A stretch of 64,000 bases of DNA from a virus (taxonomy: Duplodnaviria; Heunggongvirae; Uroviricota; Caudoviricetes), in the IMG/VR virus record IMGVR_UViG_3300042402_002792; one strand, 5' to 3'. Both the position numbers and the translations under genes were made by a program. Below, one piece after another: positions 40,399-50,139 of this stretch. The stretch's first letter is position 1; each line of letters starts with the position of its first letter. The notes under the pieces are model-generated. The model was not told the origin of the DNA. It saw nothing but the letters and a program-made list of their open reading frames with translations, and did no database searches.

Positions 40399-41463
40399 AT
40401 GGCAACAAAGGCATTTGATTTATCAAAATTTAGAAAAACATTAACAAAAAGCATTGACGGACTAGGAGTAGGTTTTAATGATCCTACAGACTGGATATCG
40501 ACAGGTAATTATGCTCTTAACTATCTTATTTCGGGAGACTTTCACAAAGGTGTACCGCTAGGTAAGGTTACTGTATTTGCTGGAGAATCTGGCGCAGGAA
40601 AGAGTTTTATTTGCTCAGGAAATCTTGTTCGTAATGCACAAAAAGACGGAATCTATGTAATCCTAATCGACTCAGAAAATGCATTAGACGAAGAATGGCT
40701 TAAAGCATTAGGTGTAGATACCGCAGAAGATAAGCTTCTTAAACTCAATATGGCTATGATTGATGACGTAGCTAAAACTATTAACGAGTTTATGAAAGAA
40801 TACAAAGCAATGGCAGAACGTCCTAAAGTTTTGTTTGTGCTAGATAGCTTAGGTATGTTGTTAACACCGACTGATGTTAATCAATTCGAAGCAGGTGACC
40901 TAAAAGGTGACATGGGTCGTAAACCTAAAGCTCTTACCGCACTAGTTCGTAATTGTGTCAACATGTTCGGATCGTATAACGTGGGACTGGTAGCAACAAA
41001 TCATACCTATGCTAGCCAGGATATGTTTGACCCAGATGACAAAATTAGTGGCGGACAAGGTTTTGTTTACGCTAGTTCTATTGTTGTAGCTATGAAGAAA
41101 CTCAAGCTCAAAGAAGATGAAGACGGCAACAAGATCTCAGAAGTTCGAGGCATTCGTGCAGCCTGTAAGGTTATGAAAACTCGTTATGCAAAACCATTTG
41201 AAAGTGTACAGGTTAAGATTCCTTATGAAACAGGTATGAATCCATATAGTGGATTAGTTGACCTTTTCGAAGGCAAAGGATTCTTGCAAAAAGATGGCAA
41301 TCGACTTAAATACGCTGGGTCGGAAGAGCTCAAGTTCTATCGTAAAGAATGGGAGCGAAATGAAGAAGGTGCATTGGACAAAGTCATGATAGACTATGCT
41401 AAGAATCCTAATGTAAAATCTAACATCGACCTTGAAACTGGGGAAATTGTAGAACATGAATGA
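40399..41463 (+). CDS. uvsX: RecA-like recombinase
   Basis: ISTGNYALN, GESGAGKS, IDSENALD, VLDSLG, SGG.G..YASS. Confidence 0.96.
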   Translation: MATKAFDLSKFRKTLTKSIDGLGVGFNDPTDWISTGNYALNYLISGDFHKGVPLGKVTVFAGESGAGKSFICSGNLVRNAQKDGIYVILIDSENALDEEWLKALGVDTAEDKLLKLNMAMIDDVAKTINEFMKEYKAMAERPKVLFVLDSLGMLLTPTDVNQFEAGDLKGDMGRKPKALTALVRNCVNMFGSYNVGLVATNHTYASQDMFDPDDKISGGQGFVYASSIVVAMKKLKLKEDEDGNKISEVRGIRAACKVMKTRYAKPFESVQVKIPYETGMNPYSGLVDLFEGKGFLQKDGNRLKYAGSEELKFYRKEWERNEEGALDKVMIDYAKNPNVKSNIDLETGEIVEHE

Positions 41464-41704
41464 AAATCAAATTGGTGATATCTGGTTATTGTTTAAAGAG
41501 TACGTTGATAAAAAAGTCTTAGATGTACTTGCAGAACGTTATGTTGATCTATTAGCAGACCACGGCATTAGTGATAAAGTCATGGCTGGTGCTAGCGGTA
41601 TTGATGAGGATTTAGATAACGCTATAGATTTCTATCTCGATCAAGATGTCGAAGAAGAAGTTGATGAAGAAAACGACTGGGATTCTTACGAAGACGAAGA
41701 ATGA
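41456..41704 (+). CDS. Small acidic hypothetical protein
   Basis: Overlap-coupled between uvsX and uvsY. Confidence 0.65.
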   Translation: MNENQIGDIWLLFKEYVDKKVLDVLAERYVDLLADHGISDKVMAGASGIDEDLDNAIDFYLDQDVEEEVDEENDWDSYEDEE

Positions 41705-42156
41705 ACTGGTATACTCAAATCTCTAAGGATATTAGTAATATCCCCGACGCTGTAGAATATTACGAAGCTGAATTACAGGCAGCAAAATATGAATGCCGTA
41801 TAACGGGAAATATAGAAAAGGCCGCTGCCAATATGCCTGGTGTTGTAGAAGTGAGATTTGGGCAACTTCAAGAAATTGAAGCAATATTAGAGTACTTGAA
41901 CATTGAATGTCGTAGACTTAAAAGTCAACACTTTAGAAAGTATCTTGAAAATTATCAACGAGCACTAAGTAGTCGAGACTGCGAACGTTATGTAGAAGGC
42001 GAATCCGATGTTGTAGATTTTGAAAAAATCATCAACGAGTTCGCCTTACTACGTAATAAATGGTTAGGTATTACTAAAGCCCTTGATCAAAAACAATGGC
42101 AATTAACTAACATTGTCAAACTTAGAGTGGCCGGGATGGAAGATGCGTCGATATAG
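41701..42156 (+). CDS. uvsY: Recombination mediator
   Basis: Helical 151 aa ending LDQKQWQLTNIVKLRVAG; follows uvsX. Confidence 0.85.
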   Translation: MNWYTQISKDISNIPDAVEYYEAELQAAKYECRITGNIEKAAANMPGVVEVRFGQLQEIEAILEYLNIECRRLKSQHFRKYLENYQRALSSRDCERYVEGESDVVDFEKIINEFALLRNKWLGITKALDQKQWQLTNIVKLRVAGMEDASI

Positions 42157-42811
42157 TACGCATACGCTGTATTGGTGGTCTATCTGCTCGTAGGGTATTA
42201 ACAAAAAATACCATTGTTAATCTAGCATTTTCTCTCTCAGCAGTAAATTCGTGCGGTGCATGATGCATATGGCCGTCATATGCAAGTAATCTGTTATACA
42301 CGTTACTAACTCTTACTGTTTCTGTAAACTCTGTTGCTACTTTTTTCCTATAAGATTCTGCATCTTCTAAGGTTTTGTCGCCGCCCTTGTAAAAATCAAT
42401 CTTAGTCATAATAGATTCCATTTTATTCGGAGCAAAGATAGCCTCGTTTGTTCTAGCATAAATTGAAGTACCGCTATGACTATCCCCGTCTGGTGACAAG
42501 TAAACTAATCCGGCTAGCCTGCATAGCTCGTCTTGATGTATCCATCCTGTTCCGTATGTTTTATCAATTTGTTGAAAACATACATCCATAGACCATTGTA
42601 CATTATCTTTTTCAAAATCAAAAAATAAAGAAAAAAACTTGTTAGCAAAATAATCTACAAAATCTGGATTTATCTCGTGTAACGCTTTAGTTCTTGCTCC
42701 AGGCCATCGTCCGAGTTCGTCTGTATAATAAGGTAAACTTAACGCCCATTTTCGTATACTGTCTGGGTTGTCAAAAAACTTATCAACTATAGTTAGAGGT
42801 ATAATGTGCAT
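42122..42811 (-). CDS. 2OG-Fe(II) oxygenase-like protein (DUF6445-type)
   Basis: IVDKFFDNPD, WPGAR, GWIHQD, YNRLLAY..H, RLTMVFF. Confidence 0.8.
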   Translation of the reverse strand: MHIIPLTIVDKFFDNPDSIRKWALSLPYYTDELGRWPGARTKALHEINPDFVDYFANKFFSLFFDFEKDNVQWSMDVCFQQIDKTYGTGWIHQDELCRLAGLVYLSPDGDSHSGTSIYARTNEAIFAPNKMESIMTKIDFYKGGDKTLEDAESYRKKVATEFTETVRVSNVYNRLLAYDGHMHHAPHEFTAERENARLTMVFFVNTLRADRPPIQRMRTISTHLPSRPL

Positions 42812-42853
42812 ATGATATTTATATTCTTAAAGTACATAGTTTATAAATAAAGA

Positions 42854-43528
42854 ATGATTCCAGTTTTCATAGGTTACGATCCAAGAGAAGCAGCGGTATT
42901 TCATGTTTGTGCAAATAGTATTATTCGTAATGCTAGCCAGCCTGTACAAATTATACCGGTAGCACTTAATCTTTTTAAAGATTATAAAGAAATACACCAG
43001 GACGGCAGCAACCATTTTATATACACTAGATTTCTTGTTCCTTATCTAATGGACTGGACTGGTCATGCTATCTTTATTGATGGCGACATGATTGTACGAG
43101 ATGACATTACTAAACTTTGGTCTATGAGAGACCCGTCTAAGGATGTACAGGTAATCAAGCATGATTATCGAACACGTATGCCTGTTAAGTATATGGGCGC
43201 AAAAAACGAAGACTATCCTCGTAAAAATTGGTCTAGTGTGATTATATGGAACTGTAACAGTTTTCCTAATCGTAGACTAACTCCTGACTATGTTATGAAA
43301 TCTACAGGTAAACATCTGCATAGATTTGAATGGTTAGATGATGCTCGTATAGGTGAGCTGCCGATTGAATGGAACTGGCTACCGGACGAATTTGGTCCTA
43401 ACGAAAATGCTAAATTATTACACTATACTCTAGGAGCACCTTGCTTTCATGAGTTTGTTGATACTCCTATGAACGAAGTCTGGCATAAAGAAAGAGAACT
43501 AACTAACTACTGTCAACAAACAACATGA
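42854..43528 (+). CDS. Glycosyltransferase (GT-A, GT8-like)
   Basis: VFIGYDPRE, F..TRFLVPYL, DGD, RKNWSS, WNWL, LLHYT. Confidence 0.88.
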   Translation: MIPVFIGYDPREAAVFHVCANSIIRNASQPVQIIPVALNLFKDYKEIHQDGSNHFIYTRFLVPYLMDWTGHAIFIDGDMIVRDDITKLWSMRDPSKDVQVIKHDYRTRMPVKYMGAKNEDYPRKNWSSVIIWNCNSFPNRRLTPDYVMKSTGKHLHRFEWLDDARIGELPIEWNWLPDEFGPNENAKLLHYTLGAPCFHEFVDTPMNEVWHKERELTNYCQQTT

Positions 43529-44337
43529 AAAATATATTAATAACAGGGTCTAGCGGATATATTGGACAGCATCTTTTTAAACAACTTAAAGATGCATATA
43601 ATGTAGACGGACTTGATATAGTTCCTTCGAATAGCACTAACATGTTGTTAGATATAAACACTATTAAAACAGAATTCTATAAAGAATATGACGCAGTGAT
43701 ACATTTAGCTGCCTTAGTTAATGTTGGAGAATCAGTTTTAGATCCTATTAGCTATTACCAAACAAATATTGAAGGAACAAAAAATATATTAAAAAATTTT
43801 AAATGTAAGAATTTTATTTTTGCTAGTACAGGTGCTGCAGAGCAACTAAACAGCCCGTATGGTATTTCTAAACGGGTAGCTGAAGACATAGTTACTAAAT
43901 TTTGTAAAGATGTTAACAAAAATTTTACTATATTTAGATTTTATAATGTAATAGGACAAGACGGGTTTAGCCCAACTAATCCAGACGGATTATTTTTTAA
44001 TCTTATTAAAGCCATAGAAACAAAAGAATTTAATCTTTACGGCAATACATATAATACTGTTGACGGTACGTGTATAAGAGACTATGTCCATGTAAACGAA
44101 ATTTGTCAAGCTTTAAATTTATCAATCGAAGAACCTAGTTTACAAATAGAAAATTTAGGACACGGCAAAGGGTATTCAGTATTGGAAATAATTGAATATT
44201 TTAAAAAAATAAACAATGTTAATTTTAATATAAATGTTAAAAGTAAAAGAGCTGGAGATTTAGAAAGCAGTGTTCTTTCAACAGTGTCAAAATATATGAC
44301 ACCCCTTTACTCAATAGAAGAATTATTAAAAATATGA
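43525..44337 (+). CDS. NAD-dependent epimerase (GalE-like)
   Basis: GSSGYIG, HLAA, PYGISK, RFYNV, RDYVHV. Confidence 0.93.
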   Translation: MKNILITGSSGYIGQHLFKQLKDAYNVDGLDIVPSNSTNMLLDINTIKTEFYKEYDAVIHLAALVNVGESVLDPISYYQTNIEGTKNILKNFKCKNFIFASTGAAEQLNSPYGISKRVAEDIVTKFCKDVNKNFTIFRFYNVIGQDGFSPTNPDGLFFNLIKAIETKEFNLYGNTYNTVDGTCIRDYVHVNEICQALNLSIEEPSLQIENLGHGKGYSVLEIIEYFKKINNVNFNINVKSKRAGDLESSVLSTVSKYMTPLYSIEELLKI

Positions 44338-44906
44338 AAACATATACATACGCTGTAGACGAAGCTAAATCACATTTAGGCGGAAACTTTATTGAAGGCG
44401 ATCCTGCTACCTTCTCATCAACGGCATGGAAATATATTATTGAAAAATTTGCAGTTAAAACAGTCTTAGATGTTGGATCTGGTCGAGGATATGCCGCTAA
44501 ATGGTTTAGTGAAACCGGACTAGAAGTAACTGCTATAGACGGATTAATAGACAATGTTAATAATGCAATTTATCCAACAATTGAAATAGATTTAACCGTA
44601 AAACCATTTATTAAAGAAGTAGATTTTGTAAACTGCGTTGAGGTAGTTGAGCATATTGAAGAAAAATATATTTCTAATTTGCTAGACACGCTTTGCTCTG
44701 GCAAACTAATTTTAATGACTCACGCAGTTCCTGGTCAGCCAGGGTGGCATCATGTTAATTGTCAAGAGAGTGAATACTGGATTAAACATTTAGAAAGTCG
44801 CAATTACAAGTTACTTCGAGAAGAATCAAAAATAATTCAACGATTGGCTAAAGAAGACGGCGCAAAACATATATCTAGAAACGGGATGATATTTAAACAT
44901 GAATGA
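44334..44906 (+). CDS. Class I SAM methyltransferase
   Basis: VLDVGSGRG, EVVEHI, GWHHVNCQ. Confidence 0.9.
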   Translation: MKTYTYAVDEAKSHLGGNFIEGDPATFSSTAWKYIIEKFAVKTVLDVGSGRGYAAKWFSETGLEVTAIDGLIDNVNNAIYPTIEIDLTVKPFIKEVDFVNCVEVVEHIEEKYISNLLDTLCSGKLILMTHAVPGQPGWHHVNCQESEYWIKHLESRNYKLLREESKIIQRLAKEDGAKHISRNGMIFKHE

Positions 44907-45654
44907 TACGCAAGTAGCAAATTTTTTCTGGCACGGCCGACCCTTATCCGTTTACGAAATTTATTGTATAAAATCGTTTGTTAAACACAACTGGATCGTT
45001 AATCTTTGGACTTTTGATTCAAACATTAATGCTCCGTATAATGTTAACATTTGTGATGCTAATATATTTTATCAGATTGATGATATTCAAACTTTTACCC
45101 AGCGAGGTAAACAGGGATGTATAGCAGCGTTTAGTGACGCATTTAGATATAAAGTTTTACAAAAATACCAAGGATGGTGGTTTGATACAGATTGTATTTG
45201 TTTAAAAGATCAATTTGAATTTAAAACTCTTAAAGAAAATAAAAATATAGTAGCAGGATATGAAAACGGCCGCGGAGATATTAACGGTGCAGTATTAACA
45301 TTTGTTAATTCAACTTTGTCTGACATCGCCTTAAACATGATGGAAACAAAATTAGCAGAAAAAAACCGATCAATAGGTTGGGGAGAAATAGGCCCAAAAT
45401 TAATAACAAGACTAGTTTTAGAAAATAAACTAGTTAGTGATATTTTAAGTACTGAATACTTTTATCCGTTACATTGTAAACATGCAATAGATGCAATTAA
45501 CAAAGATAAAACAGAAAGCATAGAAAGCATTACTACTAACTCTTACGTATACCATTGTTGGAATGAAATGTTAACTAGAGGTGGAGTAAACAAAAACGAG
45601 ATGCCTGTAGAAGGGTCTTTTTTGTATAAAAAATTTAAAGAATTAGATTTATGA
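44899..45654 (+). CDS. Glycosyltransferase (GT32/DxD type)
   Basis: FFWHG, AAFSDAFRY, GWWFDTD, WGEIGP. Confidence 0.88.
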   Translation: MNDTQVANFFWHGRPLSVYEIYCIKSFVKHNWIVNLWTFDSNINAPYNVNICDANIFYQIDDIQTFTQRGKQGCIAAFSDAFRYKVLQKYQGWWFDTDCICLKDQFEFKTLKENKNIVAGYENGRGDINGAVLTFVNSTLSDIALNMMETKLAEKNRSIGWGEIGPKLITRLVLENKLVSDILSTEYFYPLHCKHAIDAINKDKTESIESITTNSYVYHCWNEMLTRGGVNKNEMPVEGSFLYKKFKELDL

Positions 45655-46406
45655 AAGCATTTGTAATTGGATTATTAGAAAAACAAGACTCGTACGATTC
45701 TGCAATGAAGGTAGTTCAAGAGTTGCAAGAGTTTGGCCACGAAGCTGAATTTTTTCCCGGTGTGTTTGGTGACAATGCTATACGTACAAAAGAAAAAGAA
45801 AAAAGACAATTATTTCCTTTTAGCATCAAGGCGTTTGATGTTGACGAAGACTATCTTAAAGAATTTATAATTCCTGAAAAATACAACGAATTTATTGAAA
45901 ATCATTATTTTAAAATCTTACAAAAAGAAAGATTAAAAGAAAAAGATTTTGATAAGTTTAATATGCCCGGTGTAGTAGGTTGTTTTATGAGCCATTATCT
46001 TCTATGGAGGAAATGTATTGAGCTCGACGAGCCTATTATGATATTCGAGGATGATGTTAAGTTTTATAGAAATTTTGTTGAAATTGACTGGCAAGACATT
46101 TTAATATTAGTGCTAGGAAAAACTAGTTATGAGAACGAGCCATACAAGACTCACTTAGAAAATCCAGTTGGGAATCCTCAGCCTAAAAAATATCCAAATT
46201 CATCTATGCCTGGAACAGTCGGGTATGCAATAAAACCTTCGGCAGCTAAAAGACTGGTTAAGTTTTATCGCACTTATCATACTTCAGCTGATAATGCAAT
46301 AAATCAAAGTATTGTTACTATTGAATATCATAATTATTTAATGGGACGTCATAGGCTAGAAGAAGAGGGCAATTTTAGCTATGTTAAATCTAAAGATTGG
46401 AAATAA
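45651..46406 (+). CDS. Glycosyltransferase family 25-like
   Basis: GCFMSHYLLW, IFEDD, GTVGYAI.P.AA..L. Confidence 0.88.
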   Translation: MKAFVIGLLEKQDSYDSAMKVVQELQEFGHEAEFFPGVFGDNAIRTKEKEKRQLFPFSIKAFDVDEDYLKEFIIPEKYNEFIENHYFKILQKERLKEKDFDKFNMPGVVGCFMSHYLLWRKCIELDEPIMIFEDDVKFYRNFVEIDWQDILILVLGKTSYENEPYKTHLENPVGNPQPKKYPNSSMPGTVGYAIKPSAAKRLVKFYRTYHTSADNAINQSIVTIEYHNYLMGRHRLEEEGNFSYVKSKDWK

Positions 46407-47314
46407 TGAACATTGGCATTTTTTACAACTCGATATCAAATCCTGCAAAGTTTTCTAATAAAGTAACATTGATGGACAATTTTGCTACAGGAGTAAGAAC
46501 CCACGGCGATAATATAATAGAATTTCGAGATAATCAATTACCAGACCAGAAATTAGATGCAGGATTTGTCTTAGGTTACACTTTAGAAGATAATTTTAGA
46601 AAAAAAATTATTGATTATCTTAAAAAACAAGGAACTCCTTCTATTTTTGTAGACAGTAATATACTACACTACTCACGTAAAGAACACGAATGGCATAGAT
46701 ACAGTTTAAATACAGTATATCCAGATACAGGCACATATTTTTTTAAAAATATCAATACAGACAAATGGAAAACATTTAGTGAGTGGCACGGCGTAACAAT
46801 TAAGCCTTGGCGAACAAGCGGCAATCATATTTTAATATTGGCTCAACGACCAAAAGGATTTAATATGTTTACTGATCAAGACGAATGGTTAGCAAACACA
46901 ATCGCTACTATTAGAAAATACAGTCAACGTCCTATTATGGTTCGTATGCATCCGGGCGACGGTACACGTTTTAAACAAATTGAAAAATTACAAAAACGCT
47001 ATGGAACTAGTATTACAATTTCAGAACACGAAGGCATCAGAGAAGCATTAGTAAACTGCTGGTGTTCGGTAGGATATGCATCAACACCTAATGTAGTTAG
47101 TGCCATTGAAGGTGTGCCAGTTTATGTAGAGGAACCTACTAAAAGCTGGGCACAAGATGTTTGTTTTAATAACTTGTCACTGATCGAAACACCACCTATG
47201 CCGGATCGATCAGAATGGATTCATAAAATTGCAAATATTCACTGGAGCAACGAAGAAGTTTGTCAAGGCAAACTATGGACTGCAATTAAGTCGTATATTT
47301 TGACTTCTCATTGA
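46406..47314 (+). CDS. GT-B / capsule-synthesis (KpsC/KpsS-like) protein
   Basis: PW...G.HILI..Q, IMVRMHP, SAIEGVPV; paralogue of 48089..48946; ATG overlaps the upstream stop. Confidence 0.6.
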   Translation: MNIGIFYNSISNPAKFSNKVTLMDNFATGVRTHGDNIIEFRDNQLPDQKLDAGFVLGYTLEDNFRKKIIDYLKKQGTPSIFVDSNILHYSRKEHEWHRYSLNTVYPDTGTYFFKNINTDKWKTFSEWHGVTIKPWRTSGNHILILAQRPKGFNMFTDQDEWLANTIATIRKYSQRPIMVRMHPGDGTRFKQIEKLQKRYGTSITISEHEGIREALVNCWCSVGYASTPNVVSAIEGVPVYVEEPTKSWAQDVCFNNLSLIETPPMPDRSEWIHKIANIHWSNEEVCQGKLWTAIKSYILTSH

Positions 47315-48071
47315 GAAAAACATCAAGATCTTTACGTTGGCCTTTTGCAGTCCAAATGTAACTAGACAAATCCATCTCCCAATCGATATATCTAATAGGC
47401 AATTGTCCCCAATTGTAGTTAGGTACAAGATTATCTAATACATCCTGATCTAATCCCCAGTGTATTTTGTCATTTTTAATATAGTTTTCTAATAGATCAC
47501 CATACTGATGAAAAAAGTCAAAATTTTCACCAGTGTAAAAAATTCCTCCAGCTAAGTATCTAGCTTTTTTACCAGAGATGTGATGAATATAAAAATCTTT
47601 TCCTCCTAATAGAGGAAAATTATTTCGAACAATGGCATCAACATCAATAGCAAGAAATTTTTGACGAGGATTAACAAAGTCTTTTAGGCGTATAAATCTA
47701 GCACAGGCAAAATAGGTTTTTCTTAATCTTTCTCTTAGAGATTTATCACCGCCTTTGGTCATTGCTGTAGTAATTCTTAATTTTTGAGATTTTAATACTT
47801 CATCGGTATCACTGTTATCAAATTTTTGTGTTGCCTGGTCAAAGAGTTCTAGCGGAATATATTCGGCAGTCCACGTAATATCATTATTTTGACAAAATTC
47901 AAGTTGATCTGGTCTAGGATTGTATAAATGTAAGTGAAGAGAGTAAACGGTATTATTTTTTATACTTCTTGCTAGGGCAGGAACAAACTCGTCAAAGTAA
48001 TGTTCGTCAGCAGCTGAGTAAATAAAAAAGTCTTTTTGGCAAAATTTGCCTTGTACGGATGGTGTCTGCAT
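47286..48071 (-). CDS. GT-A-like nucleotide-diphospho-sugar transferase
   Basis: ARFIRL, IDVD, WGLDQ, WTAKG; ATG at 48071 preferred over the listed upstream start. Confidence 0.65.
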   Translation of the reverse strand: MQTPSVQGKFCQKDFFIYSAADEHYFDEFVPALARSIKNNTVYSLHLHLYNPRPDQLEFCQNNDITWTAEYIPLELFDQATQKFDNSDTDEVLKSQKLRITTAMTKGGDKSLRERLRKTYFACARFIRLKDFVNPRQKFLAIDVDAIVRNNFPLLGGKDFYIHHISGKKARYLAGGIFYTGENFDFFHQYGDLLENYIKNDKIHWGLDQDVLDNLVPNYNWGQLPIRYIDWEMDLSSYIWTAKGQRKDLDVFLNEKSKYTT

Positions 48072-48088
48072 AGTTAAATATTTAAGCA
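48072..48088. promoter_or_regulatory. Overlapping divergent late-type promoters
   Basis: Palindrome TTAAATATTTAA gives TAAATA on both strands in a 17-bp gap between divergent ATGs. Confidence 0.6.
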
Positions 48089-48946
48089 ATGAAATTTTCA
48101 CTTTTCCCCAATCATGGCGCACTAAACAGCAAACCGGTATTTGAAGCGTTTGCACAAGGCGTTAAAAATTTAGGACACACTGTGGTCTTTCACGACCTAA
48201 ATGCAGATTGTTATGTCATATGGTCAGTGCTATGGCAGGGACGTATGCGTGGTAACCAAGAAATTTGGAATTTTGCAAAAAAAACAAAAAAACCGGTAAT
48301 AATTCTTGAAGTAGGTACACTGGTAAGAGGCACTACATGGAAATTAGGACTCAGCCATGTTAACGCTCTCGGATATAATTTTGAAAAATTTGATATTGAT
48401 TACACTAGATCACAAAAATTAGGATTGTCCTTAAAACCATGGAAAAAATCAGGTCAAAATATTGTAATTTTTGGTCAACATAGCCAAAGTGAACAATGGT
48501 CAACAAGACCGCCTGTTGATGAATGGTTAAAAAATTTAGTTACAATCATACGCCGTTACTCAGACAGACCTATAATTTATAGACCTCATCCTCGAGACAG
48601 ATTTTTTCAAAAAATTGACGATTTTTCAACCTCTATACCTATAAAAATTCCCGACAGTCACGATGTCTACGATCATGAGCGTGAACTGGAAACTACCTGG
48701 TGTGCTATTAATGCCTGCTCCGGTGTAGGTGTGCAAGCAGCAATTAATGGTATACCAGTTTTTTGTGAAAAAGATAGTTTAGCCTGGCCTGTTAGTATTG
48801 AAAATTTAGCAAATTTAGAAAATCCATTAACACCTGACAGAGCAGTATGGTTTGAAAAAATTTGTAACACCGAATGGACTATCAACGAAATAGCATCAGG
48901 GCAACCTATCAAAAATTTGTTGAAAAACTTGACAATTTTTGACTAA
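48089..48946 (+). CDS. GT-B / capsule-synthesis (KpsC/KpsS-like) protein
   Basis: LKPW, IVIFGQ, IYRPHPR, AAINGIPV. Confidence 0.6.
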   Translation: MKFSLFPNHGALNSKPVFEAFAQGVKNLGHTVVFHDLNADCYVIWSVLWQGRMRGNQEIWNFAKKTKKPVIILEVGTLVRGTTWKLGLSHVNALGYNFEKFDIDYTRSQKLGLSLKPWKKSGQNIVIFGQHSQSEQWSTRPPVDEWLKNLVTIIRRYSDRPIIYRPHPRDRFFQKIDDFSTSIPIKIPDSHDVYDHERELETTWCAINACSGVGVQAAINGIPVFCEKDSLAWPVSIENLANLENPLTPDRAVWFEKICNTEWTINEIASGQPIKNLLKNLTIFD

Positions 48947-48957
48947 GAGTGTAAAAT
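48929..48957 (+). promoter_or_regulatory. Sigma70-like promoter
   Basis: TTGACA-17 bp-TAAAAT, 6 nt before ATG 48964. Confidence 0.7.
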
Positions 48958-48963
48958 TAAAGT

Positions 48964-50139
48964 ATGAATAGCACAGATAACATTCTCATTAATCTTTACT
49001 CTAGTTCACCTGCAAGCGTCCAACAAACTGTTCCGGTTAGAGATAGAAAAATTCTAGTTAGTCTTTTTAGACAAATTAGTAGTGGACATTTTTTGACCGA
49101 AAATCAGGGAAAATTACTGGTAAAAATTTTTAATGAAAACATTGATAATTTAGAATTTAAAGATCCTGAAATTTTATCTTTAATTGAATCACCGGTCTGG
49201 TCAAAGCCTTTCCGCCAGATTGAATACGTAAAAAAGATTTACCTTAGTGACAGTGAAGAAAAGCACATAATTATAGAATTTACCTTTAATAAACGTATTA
49301 GGGACCAGATTTCTAAAATATCTAAAGACCTCGACGGTGCTTTGATATCTATCGGTAATAAGAAGCACACATTACCATTAACAGAAAAAAATATATTAAC
49401 TCTTGTTAAGGGTTTAAAAAACTTTCGATTTGAAATTGATGAAAAACTTCAGAATTTTTACCATGAAATTTTAGAAGTGTTATTAACTAAAGAAAACATT
49501 TTCGATCTAAAAAATATCGAAAGTAAAAAATTGTTAGACAGTTTGTATGCAGATATCGGTGTAGAAAATAGTGAAAATCATCTATTATTAGCCGATAGAA
49601 AAATTCGGTATCAATACCAAATTTTTAGTGATTTTGCACCGGGTACATTAACTGATAAAATTGCCTATCGAAGAACATCTAAATTATATCTTGATAAGAA
49701 TCAAGTTAGTTTAACAGACATTATACATTCGCTGAACGAACTTAACCGATTACCTGTACTTTTTATTTTTTCAAGCCATGACATTAAAGATTCTATAACT
49801 GATCTCAAAAATATGGCAACTGCACTTGAATCAAATTCGATTGCCGATGTAGGGATTTATTTTAGATTTGACAATACAACTGAGCAGAATAAAATTTTTA
49901 ATGATTTGATTAACACCTTAAAATATAATTCGAAGTTAGATAAAAATACAAAAATTGTAGGATTAGCTAACAACAAACTACCAAAATTTCTTGTTAAAGA
50001 TCAATGGAAGCCAAACAGTATTATATCGTTCACAAACAATTTTAAAAATAACAAAACTAGTGTATACTGTGATGATGTAGATCTTATCATCTATTATCAT
50101 GACAAAGCACCGTTAGGAGATATTGATGCCATCATGTAA
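48964..50139 (+). CDS. Hypothetical protein
   Basis: 391-aa ORF overlapping the uvsW start. Confidence 0.7.
   Translation: MNSTDNILINLYSSSPASVQQTVPVRDRKILVSLFRQISSGHFLTENQGKLLVKIFNENIDNLEFKDPEILSLIESPVWSKPFRQIEYVKKIYLSDSEEKHIIIEFTFNKRIRDQISKISKDLDGALISIGNKKHTLPLTEKNILTLVKGLKNFRFEIDEKLQNFYHEILEVLLTKENIFDLKNIESKKLLDSLYADIGVENSENHLLLADRKIRYQYQIFSDFAPGTLTDKIAYRRTSKLYLDKNQVSLTDIIHSLNELNRLPVLFIFSSHDIKDSITDLKNMATALESNSIADVGIYFRFDNTTEQNKIFNDLINTLKYNSKLDKNTKIVGLANNKLPKFLVKDQWKPNSIISFTNNFKNNKTSVYCDDVDLIIYYHDKAPLGDIDAIM

Noticed and set aside
48072-48155. Listed N-terminal extension of ORF 47286..48155
   Set aside because: Overlaps the divergent gene; ATG 48071 has a TAAATA upstream
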